Below are positions 34,601 through 49,600 of a stretch of 60,000 bases of DNA, piece by piece. Within the stretch, counting starts at the first letter, position 1; each line of letters begins with the position of its first letter. The notes under the pieces are model-generated. The model was given only the letters and a program-made list of their open reading frames with translations. It searched no databases and was not told the origin of the DNA. The translations under genes and the position numbers were made by a program. The stretch lies in NCBI RefSeq assembly GCF_037042905.1, contig NC_087251.1, forward strand, positions 3,846,001 to 3,906,000, written 5' to 3'. This DNA comes from Lytechinus pictus (lineage: Eukaryota).

Positions 34601-37600
34601 AGATGACCTAGCTGTTTTGTACAGATATCGAATATGAAGCACAAAATGATTTCTGTCAATGACAACCTAATACTTCCTTTGCAAAATAAATATTAATCTC
34701 TTTCCTTAGCTCTGCCTCAGCATGGGAAAAAGAGCTATGTCTGAATCACCAAGGAAGAGTGCCTATAAAGTTTACCAAACAGCTTGCTATAATACAAAGT
34801 GCCCCCTTCCCCCATCCCCATTAAAAAAAAAACATACTTCACTAATCAAAGTCTTTGACACGTTGCTCCATGCCAGTAATATAAGATAGAACTATTTGTA
34901 TTTAACGTAAGAAAACATAGCAATGTGGATGAAGAAGCATAGTAGTTATTATAGTTTTAGTTACCAATATCAGGTCCTACACTGGTGACCATGGCATAAC
35001 GAAGGATTTCTCCCTGGGGCTCAAATATGGAATAAGCATAGGTGGTATTCATTCTCATAGCAGTAAGTGAGGCATCAGTGTTGATATCATCAGCTTCACA
35101 TTCCTCGTAGGTGATGGTCTGTTCAATAGTAAAACTAATGGTCCGCTCTTCAGCAGTATTAGCATTGACAAGAAGTTCACGCTCCTCAGACGAATGAACA
35201 TATCCTGAAAACAAAAATATGTATGAATTTATTGTTCTTTTAATATTGAGATGGTTGTTACACTAAATTTATAATAGACAATTATGCATTCAACCAAATG
35301 GTAAGAAATGCTAGTTGTAGACTAGTAAAGTAGACTGTAAACTAGGATTAGATAATTTTGGATGAGACTAAATGGAAAGTAGACAAAGTAGATACAGACT
35401 GAGTGGCAATAAACCAACCAAGCTACCCAACTTGGGCCTATCCTCTTCCTTGTACTCGTCAATGATGCTGCTATAAGTACAAGGTATCGATGGAAGTATG
35501 TAGACGACTTAAGCATTGTGGAGGTTTTACCAAAGAACCAGCAAAGCTCCATGCAGGACCATGTTAATTTGCTGAGTCAATGGTGCATCTCAAATAACGT
35601 TACGCCTAAACCCGAAAAGTGCAAAGTCATGCAAATGTCCTTCCTGAAGGTCCCTCCACCCCAGCTAGACATCACAATCAAGGATTGTCACTTGGAACGT
35701 GCCAACTCGTTAACCCTTCTTGGTGTGATGATTCGTTCGGATCTCAAGTGGGATGATCAAGTCCAACACATGATTTCACGCTCTTCAAGAAGACTGTATA
35801 TCCTCTGCATTCTAAAGAAATTTGGTGTTGATAAGCATGATCTCGTAAATATCTACAACGTGTACATTCGTCCACTGTTGGAGTTTGGTGTTCCGGTTTG
35901 GGGATCTGCAATCACTAAAACACAAAGTGACGAAATTGAAAGACTTCAAAAACGAGCTCTTCGTATGATTTTGTATCCGTCATCTCTTTCATACTCTCAA
36001 CAACTCACTCTTTTTGGCCTCCCTTCATTATGTGAACGCAGAAAGGATCTCATCTTGAGTTTTGGACTTGGTCTTCTCAAATCTCACCGCCATCGAGACA
36101 TGTTACCCCCCACACGTCAATCCGTTTCGCGACACAGTTCGGCCCTGCGTAATGCGCATCTTCTGGACTTACCGCGATGCAGAACTCAGAGATATAAGAA
36201 CTCAACTATCCCTCATGTCACAGCATTATTGAATGCTGCTCTGTGATATGTGCCTCTGTATATGCCATTGAAGTCAATGTCAACCCTTGTTCATGTTCGT
36301 ATATAATTTGTGTGTAAAAGTATGACATTGTTTTCTTCCCTTGACCCTTCACCTCCTTTTTCATAACTTACAAAAGTTTCCCCCCCCCCCCTCAGTTTAC
36401 ATTGAAATCAATCAACATAATACATATCCCAATATTTTTGTGTGTTTTTATCGGTCATTCTATAGCATTATCCCCTTAATTATATTTCTGTAATGTGTAG
36501 AACCTCGAGTGCAATATTTAATCTTACTATTATGTTCTTATCATATTTTGTTAATTCGTAGGTATATAATTTAATGTATTTTTCCTTTTTCTGTTAACTT
36601 TGTATGTGTCAGTCTTAGGACTGTTTTACAATGTCTTTCATAATAAACCGAATTGAATTGAATTGAAATTTTGTAAGGTAAATAGTTGAAATATGAGACT
36701 TACCTGGTCGATACTTGGTATAAACCTCTGAGTGAGGGATTACATTGACAGATGTACCAGGTGGAAGGTAGGGTACATCACCATTGATATTAACATAGCC
36801 AGATATAACCCCTTCTGCCTCACTGTCATCTACACCAGTATACCTCTGTGTGATGCTAACCTCTTCACCACTACCAAATCGTATGTTGGCAGAGTAGAGA
36901 AGGACTCCACCTAAATGATTAAGACAAGATATTATAAAGATAATCAATGTGGACTAAACTGACGTTGAAACTTTATAACCAAAATTATATTATACAAAAA
37001 CATTATTTTTGGTGTACAAACAAGAAAATGATATCTTTGGTAAATGGAGACAACAAAATAGTAATAGTTGAGATTCAGATGTGGCACCCTTTATACAGTG
37101 GCGTAACAGGCGGGGGGGCAAGGTGCCCCCCCTGGCGGATTTCACCGGAAAATTACAAAAACGGGAAAAAGAAAAAAAAGGAGGGAAAAAGAAAGGGAAA
37201 GGGGGGAAGGAAAGGAGGAAAAGGAATGGGAAAGGGAAAAGTGAAAAAGAAAATGAAGATTTTTTTAATGGAAAAGGAAAAAAAAGCGGGAAAAGGTACG
37301 AAAGAAGAACAAATCATTCCGAAATAGGCTTATGTAATGCAATAGCATGATGGGAAATAAATTAAAATATGACAAAATGGCAAACAATAGCGAGAAACGA
37401 AGGTAGAATAGTATTAGTCCAAAGCTAAATTAGAGAATAAAGAAAAGGGACAAGAAAAAAAATAATGACACTCTTCCGAATAAATTCTTGAAGCTTTATT
37501 AAGAATACAACCTGTTTCCTGTCGGCATATTGTTAATTGCATCTCAGGAAGTACTTATGGGTGAAATAGATTTACAAGCAAAACAGAAAGCTTCCAGGGA

Positions 37601-40600
37601 AGATCATACTTCAAAATAGACAAAATTTCCTTCTTGGACCTCTTTCAAAAGAAACACTATAAAACAATCTGAGATACCTACGATTATCTAATGTGAAATA
37701 TATATTAGAAAAGGCAATTGTGATTAATGTAAACTTAAGTTTTAATGCAAAGTATAGTGGAATGTCAAACAAAGTCATTGCCCATCATGTCACTATCACT
37801 TTCCCCACTGCATCGTTCACATATGTTTCCACATTAATACACTGTTTTCTGTTCTTTTGGTATGTTCAGTGTAAGTGTATGTCTGAGCTACAGTAACTTG
37901 GAGGCACAAAACCAACTGTCAATTACAGAAAAAAATGTTGCTGGACTGTCAAGACCTTGTATCTCAAAATTTAAAAAATATTAGATAGCTCAGGAAAAGC
38001 TGGACTTCAGATCGAGTTATAACATTAAAAATATTTGTTTACATAGGAAAAAGTTCTCTACATGAATTTGGACTCTTTACAGAAAATATCAGATAGCCAA
38101 CACTACCATATTTCTACAAAACAGCTTTTTGATATTGAGCCACCTAAATTCTTTTGAATTCTGAGATTCAAGATTTTAACAATTCAGCAAAACAACAAAA
38201 TTAAGTTTGATTTTCTCATATATTTTCCAAGATACATACCTGTCTGCATGAAGCCATTGATTCCCTTTGTAGCTGGTTCAGCAAACATCCATCCCATAAG
38301 CTCACCAATAGGTAATAGAAGCTGCAGGCTATAAGACAGTGATGATGGTACAGGACTGATTGCTGTAAAGGTACGTCCACCTCCTCCCATGATGAAGGTA
38401 TGTATGTAGACATCATCAGGTATGGTTACTCCATTGACGGTCCCGTTAACGTTCCCATTCATACGTCCATTGTTATCTAAAATAGCAATGGTGCCATTTG
38501 ATCAAACAGTGTCATTGACTCAAATATGAGCAGTAGACATGTAATCCTAAAAAGACCATGTTGTATGTCTTGAAAAATTGAGCCACAAGCTTCCCGTGAG
38601 AATGAATGTTGGTGGTGTATGTTTATGAAAGGCATGAATTGTAAAAATCAGCTCATTATGGACTGAGTTAAATAATGAGATGTTCCTTTACAATTGATTC
38701 AGTGTACATGTAGTTCGGATTAAATCATCTTCCCTGGGAATTATCTCCAATCTCAAACAGTTTTTTGCTTGGAAACCACCCTTCTCATGAATCACTGATA
38801 TTTAAGGAGACTACCCTGATTAATAAACCACAATCTAATCCCACCAAAATATCAAGGGCACATCTTACGGTCAACTTTGTAATACATCACATACGTTTTA
38901 AATAGCTTAGCTTTTGCCACTTCACCTGTAGGCCTCAAAATCCATTGTGGATGATACTGGTTCAGATAAGCATATGAAATAACAAAGTGACTAAAAAATA
39001 AAAAAAGAGCCCCATCATTTGTGCATTTTGTACCCATTATTGTCAATAAATATTATAAACTACATGAATATGTACTTTTTAAATGTTACATCGATCACCA
39101 CAGGATCAATTTGATTCATATAAAAAAGAGTCATATTACATGTAAATGAACTCAATCATGCAAATTTCATCAAAAATTGATGACAGATAACAAAATTAAC
39201 AGCTTTTAAAGGTTTGCACTGTTTAAAAATCAGTGAACAAGGATGTGCCAAAAACAAGTAGGGTGATGTCACAAGCCCAAGACATATTTTACTATATCAT
39301 CATGAAATACGAATATTTCTATTTTGAATATTTTGGTGGATTTAGCTGCTTTTGGAATAAAACAAAGAAAATCACCGTCCGTAGAAAAGATGAAAATATA
39401 TCTTTTTTTTTCTTTTTAAAATTTTCAATGGATAAACATCAGAAATTATGTAAAGTCTCCAGTGTTAAACATGTTTAAATTGGCAAAAATGGGCATTCAA
39501 CTAAGGTTTTATTCCAAAAGGAGCTTAATCCATGAAAAATAAAAAATAAATAAAAATCTGAAAAATTGATATTGAATGCTAGATTTTAAAAACATGATTT
39601 AATTAATCTAAGATGATAGCACTATAAATTATATCAAAGTAAAACAGCAGTGGATAAGGGAAAGTGGTGAATTAAAAAACCTTGATTTACAGAAAAACTC
39701 CAAAAGTGGATTTAGCTCCTTTTGAAATAAAGCTCTTCAACCCTGCATATCACTTTCTAAAGAAATACAAAATAAAAAAGCAAATCTGATGCTAATGAAA
39801 TTTTTACTGTTTGCTGGTTTGATTTTATACATGTTTATTCCAATCAACTTGATCTGTGAGTGAATACCAAACAAACTGGTTGTACTTACCATTAGATAGA
39901 CAATGTATACCATTACCAATGAAGCCTTCATTACATGCACAGCAGTATCCAGTGGGGTAAGGAACACATCGTCCATTTTGACTACAGCTACCTTCTCTAC
40001 ACTGGTTCTCAAAGTTCAAAACAACATCAAGTGCTGAAAAATATCAGAAGAAAGAAACTTAAAGAAGTGCTCTACTGCATCATTAAACGTTAAAATATGC
40101 CTTTTCCTTATTAAAACAACAAACAGCAATGTAGATCAATAAGCTAAAAGTCAAACAATTGCAAGAATTGATGGTTTATTTTGTTTTTTATTTAATAGAT
40201 TTCTGTTAAGAACCTCATTTATCGCTAAATCAAATTTCTTCTAAGGAATTTGCTCAATTTCGGGAGACCCTCCTTCTGGGCCCTCCTTATTGAATTGTAG
40301 GCATAGACACTGTATAATATGAATTGAAAAGTTTACATCAAACATTTATTTCTTTATTATTGTTAGCTTTATTTAATCACTGTGGTCTCTTCAGTAATAC
40401 AAACTGCTATCATTGAGGGCACTGAAATATAACCCCCCCCCCCAAAAAAATGAAGCAAAAAAAAAAATACTGCTAAATCAAACCTCTATTATCTTTATTG
40501 CCACACATTTCTTGATTTTTGATCATTTTGACATTTTGGAGATGATTGCTTTGGAGGCTCCCAATAAGTCAAAATAGCAAATGCAATATTCTTACTTTGC

Positions 40601-43600
40601 ACTGATATCAAATTAAAATAACATTATGTAGTTGAGGTCAGAAGTTTACATACACCCAGGAAATTCAAAGAAAAGTTGACACTTGCCAAAAAACATAAAG
40701 TTTTCTGCATCTTATAAAATATTTGTGCTATCATGACAAATTTGATATCAAACAAATGAGCATGTCATGCCCCTTCATCACATGGCTTTGTCATCAGGAG
40801 CTGAAAAATATTAAGGTGTAATTTTCCCTCAAAATCTTCATATTTTAGACAAATTAAAAATAAAAACTTGACAAAAACATTTCATATTTAGGCTAGTTAC
40901 TTCTCAACACAAACATTTCAGATTACACTTCTTTGTTCAGTGGTGACATAATTTTGACATTTATATATTTCTATAATAACAAACAATAGAATACACTTAG
41001 CATGAATATTACTTTTTTTCTTCGAAGAAAATTCCACCTGAAATATACTTTAATCCCAACGGCATCCCAATTATGTGAAAGAGCTCAATACGCTCTTTTA
41101 TTTGATACCAATAGTCATTGTAGTATTTATTTTTCTGAAGATATAGTAAATTTTATGATGTTTGGCAAGCGAACAAATTTCACTGAATTCCATGGGTGTA
41201 TGTAAACTTTTGTACCAGTATATAAGTTTATTTTAATTTAAATATATAATTATATATAATATCACTTTGCACTGATATAAATTAAAATAACATTACCTGT
41301 ATATAGCATAATATTGAGATAAAAGAATTCAATGATAAAAACATGTAACATATCTAATTATCACAACATCTAATGGAATTTTCCAATTCAACATTACATA
41401 TGACAAAGGAAAGAGGCCTTGATGACTTTAATACTGATAATGGTTATCTATGAATCACAATTTACAAAAGACCCTCACTGCTTTATTGCCTCATTTTCCA
41501 ACATGGCACATACTGAGTGCCTCACTTGGCAAGATTTCAGAAATGTAAAATCAAATTTAAACTTAAATGAATGGAAATCAGTATTAACACAAACCATCAC
41601 ATTATGAGTAATATCATCACAAGATCATGACTTCTTTAGATGTCCCCTTCTTATTTAAACCATCTCAACATAAAATATATTTCTATAGTCTATGATACAA
41701 AGTGAGCATAAAGACACAGCATTCAAGGGAAACTGGGAAAAACATGCTTGATTTAAATCTAAGTTCTAAATGTATGAAAAAATATTGTGTTCGAACTAAT
41801 GATGTGAACAGTTACTTCTATAATTTATCCTAGGAGTACATGTTTATGATACTTATTATAAACACAAGTATACACAAAAAACATTTTAATAATTCAATAA
41901 TAATTCATTTGATTTATCTACATTTGACTAAGTAATTCATCATTACCAGTGGCAGTTGGAGGATATTATTTGTTTGAAAGAAAAATGTGAATTCACCATT
42001 GTCCAGTTGGACATCAACTGTTTCTGGAGGGGGCTGATCATTCTGAGGAAGTTCTTCCAAAGGGACATAGGTCACAGCAGGGATGATGTTACCATCCATA
42101 CGTCCATCAATCTTATATGCCCAGACACCATTCAATCCAACATTGGAATCCCTAAAAGGTTATATGAGAATAAAAATGTTCCAAGGGAAAATTAATTTGA
42201 ATCAAGAATCATTTTTGTTGTAAACATCTAAAAAGTGATCTGTTTGCTAAAAGATTAAGTCCATTAAATAGGTCGCAGTCTTCATATTATTCAAATTAGG
42301 AAACATTTTCTTCTTAACACCCTGTACTTTAAACTGGAACTGGCAATAAAACTAAATAAAATATATTTTCCAATTTATCTGACATATCCATGGAGATGTT
42401 ACTAACTGTATAACATCTGAAATTTGATTTACAACACCAGATCAGTGTAAAGTACCACCGACATGGCAGGATATCTAAATATAATTAAATTAATAAGCTG
42501 TCTAATTGAACGGTGATGACTGGGTTGACTAGGTCAAGTGTAATTTAAAAAGGAACTTGTTATCAAGAGACCATTATAAATGGACAGATTTAGCAAAAGG
42601 AAATAACAGTTATTCATGTAATCTATCAAAAATCTATAATGAAATTAATTCTTTTGGAAATTACCTGACATTATTCATTCTAGTATAATAACTAGATCAT
42701 CATATTTATTACTAGTATGAGATTTTCCCACGCTTTAGGGGGAAACAATGTTAAAAACAACTTTATGAAATCTGTCAGACCTGTAAATAAAATGTTCAAT
42801 TTATGAATAAAGTAGAGGATATAGAAACCTCAAATCTAGGTGGGAGTTACAACTTTGTTTTGGGAAACAGACGAGACAATACTCATGTTTCCTGCTAAAA
42901 CAATTCAGGCAAATGCACAACAGGAAATCAAACCAAAATCTTTGACTGTATCATAGTCTGTCTTGTCTTTTCTGTTCCTATGTGAATTACATATCACCCT
43001 TAACATAATGTCTTCTTGAAACTAAAACATCATGTATCCTAGGCCATGGAAACAAGAAGTTGGTTGACAATATTGATAAATATGTTTTCAATGAAATATT
43101 GAAAAAATTGTCAATTTTCTCATGATGTATGCAGCTTCAAATAAACAAAACTTTAAAATGTTAGTCAGTTAGAACTTTCTTGAAGTTTACACCCAAAATC
43201 ACTGAAATGTTCAGTGGTATGCTTTTTTTTTCTTAATTTAATCAAATCCACTTTTTGTTTGGGTGGATTCGTTCTTAAGAAGAAATAATTTGAAATGTAT
43301 TTAGCCTCCTCAAAATTTTGTGTTGATGTTTATGCCTAACTCCAGTTATTCAGCATTATGGACAAGCTAATTCTTACCTGAGCGGTTCATAACTGTACCC
43401 ACTGATGCTAAAAATACCCTCTTGATTTAGTTTGACTTGTAGCTCTTCAGATTTACCTCCCATTTTTCTTTCAACACCATACCAAAATGACCCTTGTGTA
43501 CCCATGTCAATCACCGGTCATATCCATATCCCCCTTTCCTTCATTCTTAACAATTGTTTTAAAGACTCAAATACCTTGATATGTAATCTTGATATATTGG

Positions 43601-46600
43601 TATGTGATGCACAAGACACAGTTTTTACTTAGTTAGCGTATTTGTTGAAATAGTTAAGTATAAAACAAGAGGTTCATGTAGGCCTACTTGATGTGTAAGG
43701 CTGAAGAGAGGAGAGGGGAAAGATTTATTTATAAGTTATATAAATTTTACCTGCATTTCAAGAAGAGATTGTGTAAGTAGGGTGTGTGAAATGTGTTCTT
43801 ATTTTTAATCTTAATCCCTAAATTACTAACAAACACATAAAATCAGAAATAACCATGACTGCTATAATTGACTGCTTCTAAATGTTTAAAATTGCTATCC
43901 TTTATGAGAATTTGTACCATGCATTCATAAGTGCCTCGCACTGTAATATTTCACAAACCAAACCACATTATTGTTTAATCCCAATATAAAAGACTCATGT
44001 CAACAACAAAAAAACAAAAATCTAATTTTTAGTAGGCCTCCAGATACTCTAGTAGAAGAGTTCAAATAAGTTTACATGCGGACCCATCAAGTCCACTGAG
44101 TTCAACTGAATTCTTTTCATATCTGTTTGAGTCATTCATAACAGTCTACAAGATGCAGTGATTAACTTAACTGGTAAATGGGTAAACATCATGCACACCA
44201 TAGCTCTGTCAATTTGATTAGTACTAGAAGAGGCATACATGATAGTAGCCTATAATCTAGACTCAAAGGTCTGTGTGTACATTCTCCTTTGTACTCGCCT
44301 TTGAAACTTTTTCCATTCTGCAAACAATCGTTTTCTCTCATACAAAGAATCATGGTCAAGAAGACTTTAAAGCCAACAAGGTTTTGGTAAGGTTCAAAAT
44401 GTAATTTAGATTGGACCAAAATTCAAATTTCAATCTTAAACAATAAAGTTGGGGACCATAAGGCCTAGATTAGTTTTCCACAGATTGACTCTGAAAAATT
44501 TGTCAGATTTATCACAATCCCTTGGCAATGATATCATTTCCATGGTAAAGGTCCTTATAGACTCTGATATTGAACATGAAGGAAATGTTAAGAACATATT
44601 TTCTTTTTCAATTCTAATATAAAAATTGTATTATAGAATGAAAACACATTCATATACCAGTACCAACATATACATGTAAATCTAAAAAAATAAATAAAAA
44701 CAAAAACAAAACAAAACCAGACCTGTAATATGTATATCACCTTGGTTAGATGTATCGTCATATAGGCCCAAATTAAACATCCTCAACTGTCTAACAATTT
44801 AAAACTTTACAAAGTGTCAAAAAAGGCCCAAAATATACATCCTCAACTGTCTAACATTTTAAAACTTTACAAAGTGTCAAAAAAGGCCCAAAATATACAT
44901 CCTCAACTGTCTAACATTTTAAAACTTTACAAAGTTTCAAAACAAGAACAATAAATTAAGTAAAATAATTTAGGTTTTGATTCTTTGGAGGGAGGGGGTG
45001 TGTACACAAATGAATACAAACTACTATTACAGGGTCTAATAAAAAAACACTAATGAATCAATATAGGATGCTTGTATTTATAATATCTGATTAAGTAAGA
45101 AGAGAGCAGGGATATATAATTTTAACTAGTTCATTTTTCAAGAGTTGCTTAACAGTGAAATCTGGAAAGAACATTATATATGACTACAGCATTGAGGTAT
45201 AATACACTGGCACAGATGGCATTATATTTATCTAACTCCCAATAGATAATGTGTCATCACACTGCTATGCAATAGGTCGGAAATATACTTACATGTAAGC
45301 TTATTATATAAGTATATAAAGAGAGAGAGAGAAAAAGGCTAGGGCAGATTTAGATTAAGCATAGACGACTGATTTCCATTTTTTGTTTAATACCTCATGG
45401 CTTCAAAAAGAGTAGCAGCCTTGTTTTCTTCTGTTGTATAGACCATCTCAAACTCCCACTGATTATGGGCCTTGCCAGAGGTAAACCCTGCATCTATTGG
45501 GCTACTGATAAGATCAGGACGAGGGTATTCATTGTCATCATCGTACAGGAAGAAGGCAAAAGAATGGATTGAATCTGCTACCAAGATGAGCTGGAATGTT
45601 ACGGTCTGTGTAAATGAAGAAATAACATAAAGCAACAAAATATATCATATATCAAGAAAATACAAATGAAAAATAGGGAGTTGAAAACTATATGATGATG
45701 ATAGTTTTTCTATGGCCTGCCATTCATAAAAATATGAAAGTCTGTAAAAAATAAATGACAAAGCTTGAGTTGCTGTAAAGTAAAGGGCGCAAGCTAAAGG
45801 AGTCAAACTGCAATACAAATTTTGAACTTCTGCACTAAAGTTTTCTTCTTAAAAGTAGAATCCATTAATTTACCAATGTCAGTGACTTATAAAATGATAC
45901 CCTTTTATAATTATGCTCCAAGTCAAAATATGTGAAAATATCAAGACAGCCACAAATATTAATGTACAGCCTATAATGTACCGGTATGCCTAATCCACAC
46001 TGATACAACATGAATTAAGACAAATTTCATGGTAAAGTAAAATGACAAAAGAACAAAAAAAAAATATTCATTTATTTGTCATTGAAGTATAAAAATAATA
46101 GTAATCAAATAATAAAAACAGTCAAATATAAAAAGGGGCACAGGAAAATGCACTTCTATTAGCTGGCATTATAGGATCTGGATCTTGATATAAAAAGATT
46201 GAGAAGTTAAACAAAATATATTTGGCTTCATTTCCCACTTGTAATAAGGACCACCATGCAGTTCACACTCATCTAATCCTTTGGCAATATGACAATATTT
46301 ATGTTATAAAAGAAATATAGTCTGGCAACCTAATTTACAGTAATGCAATTTCCACTACTTGGAAATCACATCATCATAACAAGAACAAATTTATCAGATG
46401 TGTCAGTCTATAGCTTTATACTATAAATCATAGGCCTCAAAGTTGGCTTCAACATTTTTCACAAATCTTTAGTACAAAATCATGAAAATTCATTCCCCTG
46501 ATTCAACAGGTTTGGCGAATATCTTTCCAGAAATTTAAATTCTAAATAAAAAAACTAGAAAAATACCAGAAAAGTTAAAAACAATCACAAAACCCTCTCT

Positions 46601-49600
46601 TGAGCAATGTATGGTCTTGTTAGTAAGTCCTGTCAGTCAAATTTAATCTTAAGTTGCAAACAAATGATTAGCCAAGGAACATAGTTTTGAAAAATATTGT
46701 TCAATTAATTAAAATACATAATTGTGCACGACACGACATGAATACATGTAGGTAAAATTGATCAAATAATAAATTGTATATCTTTCTGTTTATTTTGACA
46801 GCTCTGGAAGTATAATTGAAGTTGTAGTTATCAAGATGTGGATGCAAACCCTCATTTGTTATTGATAGGACTGACAGCCTATATCCATTCACAATATGAC
46901 CTTTCCATGTATGTTTGCACCTATAAATCTATGTAACATTCATATCAGAATGAATCTGTATCTGCACTGTTTACACTACCAAACAGCCTTGGAAGAAGAA
47001 AGCATGTATAATTTTCTGCAGTACACCGATAGTTCTATTTGTAGGCCTATACTGTAGATAGCTGCAGAAAAATATGGCAGTCCTTCATCAACTTTTGACC
47101 AGACATTTTTGCAGAAATATTTCATATTCATCACAAATTTTTTTTATTAGTCATTTTATTTTGTCGTGCCCTCTGAAAGCAGTGCTTGTAGTTCATGCTG
47201 AATGAATTATTATTGTTATTCTACTAAATAATTGACTGAATTAATCACTGGAATCAGTAAAAACTTCCTTTTTAATACTCATCTGTCACTAAACACATGT
47301 TAACTGTAGGCCTACAAGTACAACAAGGTCTCTGAATGTGAGGTACTGTATCAAATTAATATCTTTACAGTGAAACCTTTCTAAATTATCAGTTGGGAAA
47401 TTATCTGAGTATTTCACATTTCATACTCAAAATAACTCTTGACAAATATGTATTTGACAGAAAAGTGTGTAATAACCATGGTGACCAGATGTAGCAAAAA
47501 GTGTAAACGCACCACCGTTAGATTTGATTTCCATCTGGCTTTTGACACTCCCACATCTGGTTACCATTCCATCTAATCACACTGCATACCAAAGAGGTGC
47601 TCTCACAAGAAAAAAATATACTTGAACAAATTAAATCATAGCCAATTTACTTGTCAAACCAATTTCAAGGGTGCATTTTGATAGAGTTTTCAGGTATCGT
47701 GCAATGTTTTTGAGGAAATCAATTTCTAGGTTGCTTGTGATATTCAATGCATCCTTTGATGAAAATATAGTTCAAGTTAAACTTAGTTCAAGTTAAGTAA
47801 CTTCATATTCACTTCATAATAAAGCAAGGACAAGTACATTGAAGTGTAACCTTTTCACATAAAATTATGCTTCAGACATTGGGAATCCAAAGTCTGAAGC
47901 ATATTTTACGTGAAACTGATGACAAAACTAAAAAATACAAAAAAAACTTTAGGGCCTATAGTGCTTGCTCAATATTCATGAATACGTTCGAACATTGTCC
48001 CAATGGTAAGATAAATGACAACAACCTTGTAGCATTTAATCACTGTGGTGCTCAATAGATTTGAAAATGAATAAATCCCTAACAAATCTTAAAAGGGAAA
48101 GATGATACCTATGGCAGATACAGTCATCACTTTTGTCTAAGTTATTTTTTATCTATAGGCCTATCAATATGTATTTTGACATAGTCTCCTTTGATAGGGC
48201 ACACAAATTATCTGAGACCAATCGAGCATTCAAGTCAATGCCTTGATGATCTTCAAATTAATTCAAGCTCTATAAAAATAATATAGGCCCTAGATACATT
48301 TTTTTTTCTCCCAATTTCAAATTATGTGCGATCCTCTATAGGAATAATCTGAATGTAAATAAAAGACTAGGCTCTACTCATTTCAATGAAGAAATATTCA
48401 TCAGTATCCACTTCTTAGTGCAATTATCGAGGAACTCCTTTTTATAACTCAGGCCCTACTTCTTTGTCAAGAAATTAAAGAAGAAAAATGAAAAAAAAAA
48501 ATGGCTTAATTGATAACATTTAAAATGCTTCAAATACACTGCAACTACAACTACTTAGTTTGGCTGGACTGATAGGAAACTCTCAATTTCACTTTCCATT
48601 AGGCCTAATTGTTGACAAATATAGAGGAGCAGATCAGGTACATTCCATACCTACTTGAACAGATGAGAAGGAACATAAAGATGACATGTACATCTGAAAT
48701 TCATTACTTGAGGTATAAATCCTCAAAAAAGGAAGTTATATTTAGAACTTTCATCATCAAACAGGAACTCCATCCATGTGGTATCCACAAGTCAATGGAG
48801 ATTTATTGTGTCTAGCCGAGAGAGGAGGACAGCAAGCAAAAAGTACAAGCAGCAAATTAAAGAAGCTCACCCAGAGAGTGATGACTTCACTCCATTCACA
48901 ATCAATCATTCAATCACACTTTAGTATTATCATGGACCTCTCTAGTAGGTCCATAGTATTATCAATAAAACTCACCAGAGCAAGTGAGTTGTTTACCAGT
49001 GCACAAATGTGCAAAATAAGGGATGATATGATAAACAGATTTACATCTACTTCATTTGAATTTTGCCTATATGATGGGCTGTCCAAACTTCACGGACATT
49101 TTAAAAATATTCATCAGGCTTAAATTCTTTCACAAAAATATTCACAATTTATACACAACCAATTAAGAAAATAGCTACCAAAATGACTGCAAGACTGTAA
49201 GCTGTAAAATCATTTAAGATAATGAGAAGTACATGTAGGTCAAGGGGTTTCGCCAGTATCGCCATCTCAAAATTCTATTTCGATCGACAAATGCATGTTG
49301 TGCTGGAAATCCATTCTGAAAAGGTGCGACCATGACCTAACTTCGCGGACCAAAGTGTGGAGATTTAAACAAAACTCAAGCTCAAAAGGTGAGATATTTA
49401 TATCAGATGGATGGCAAGTGCTATAGAATCAGTCAGTACCACGCTTTACTCACATTTTTTATAATATCAGATTTTTCGGAACGGTCACTAACGATGACAA
49501 ATTTGCCAATCTTTGGTAAATATTTTCATGAATAATGAACTCATCCTAAAGAAACTTACGCTAGAGGGTAATTTTAAGTCGCTTATCATGTTGATGACGT

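Noticed and set aside
36947..37350. Lys/Gly-rich ORFs
   Set aside because: Translation of a purine-rich repeat tract.
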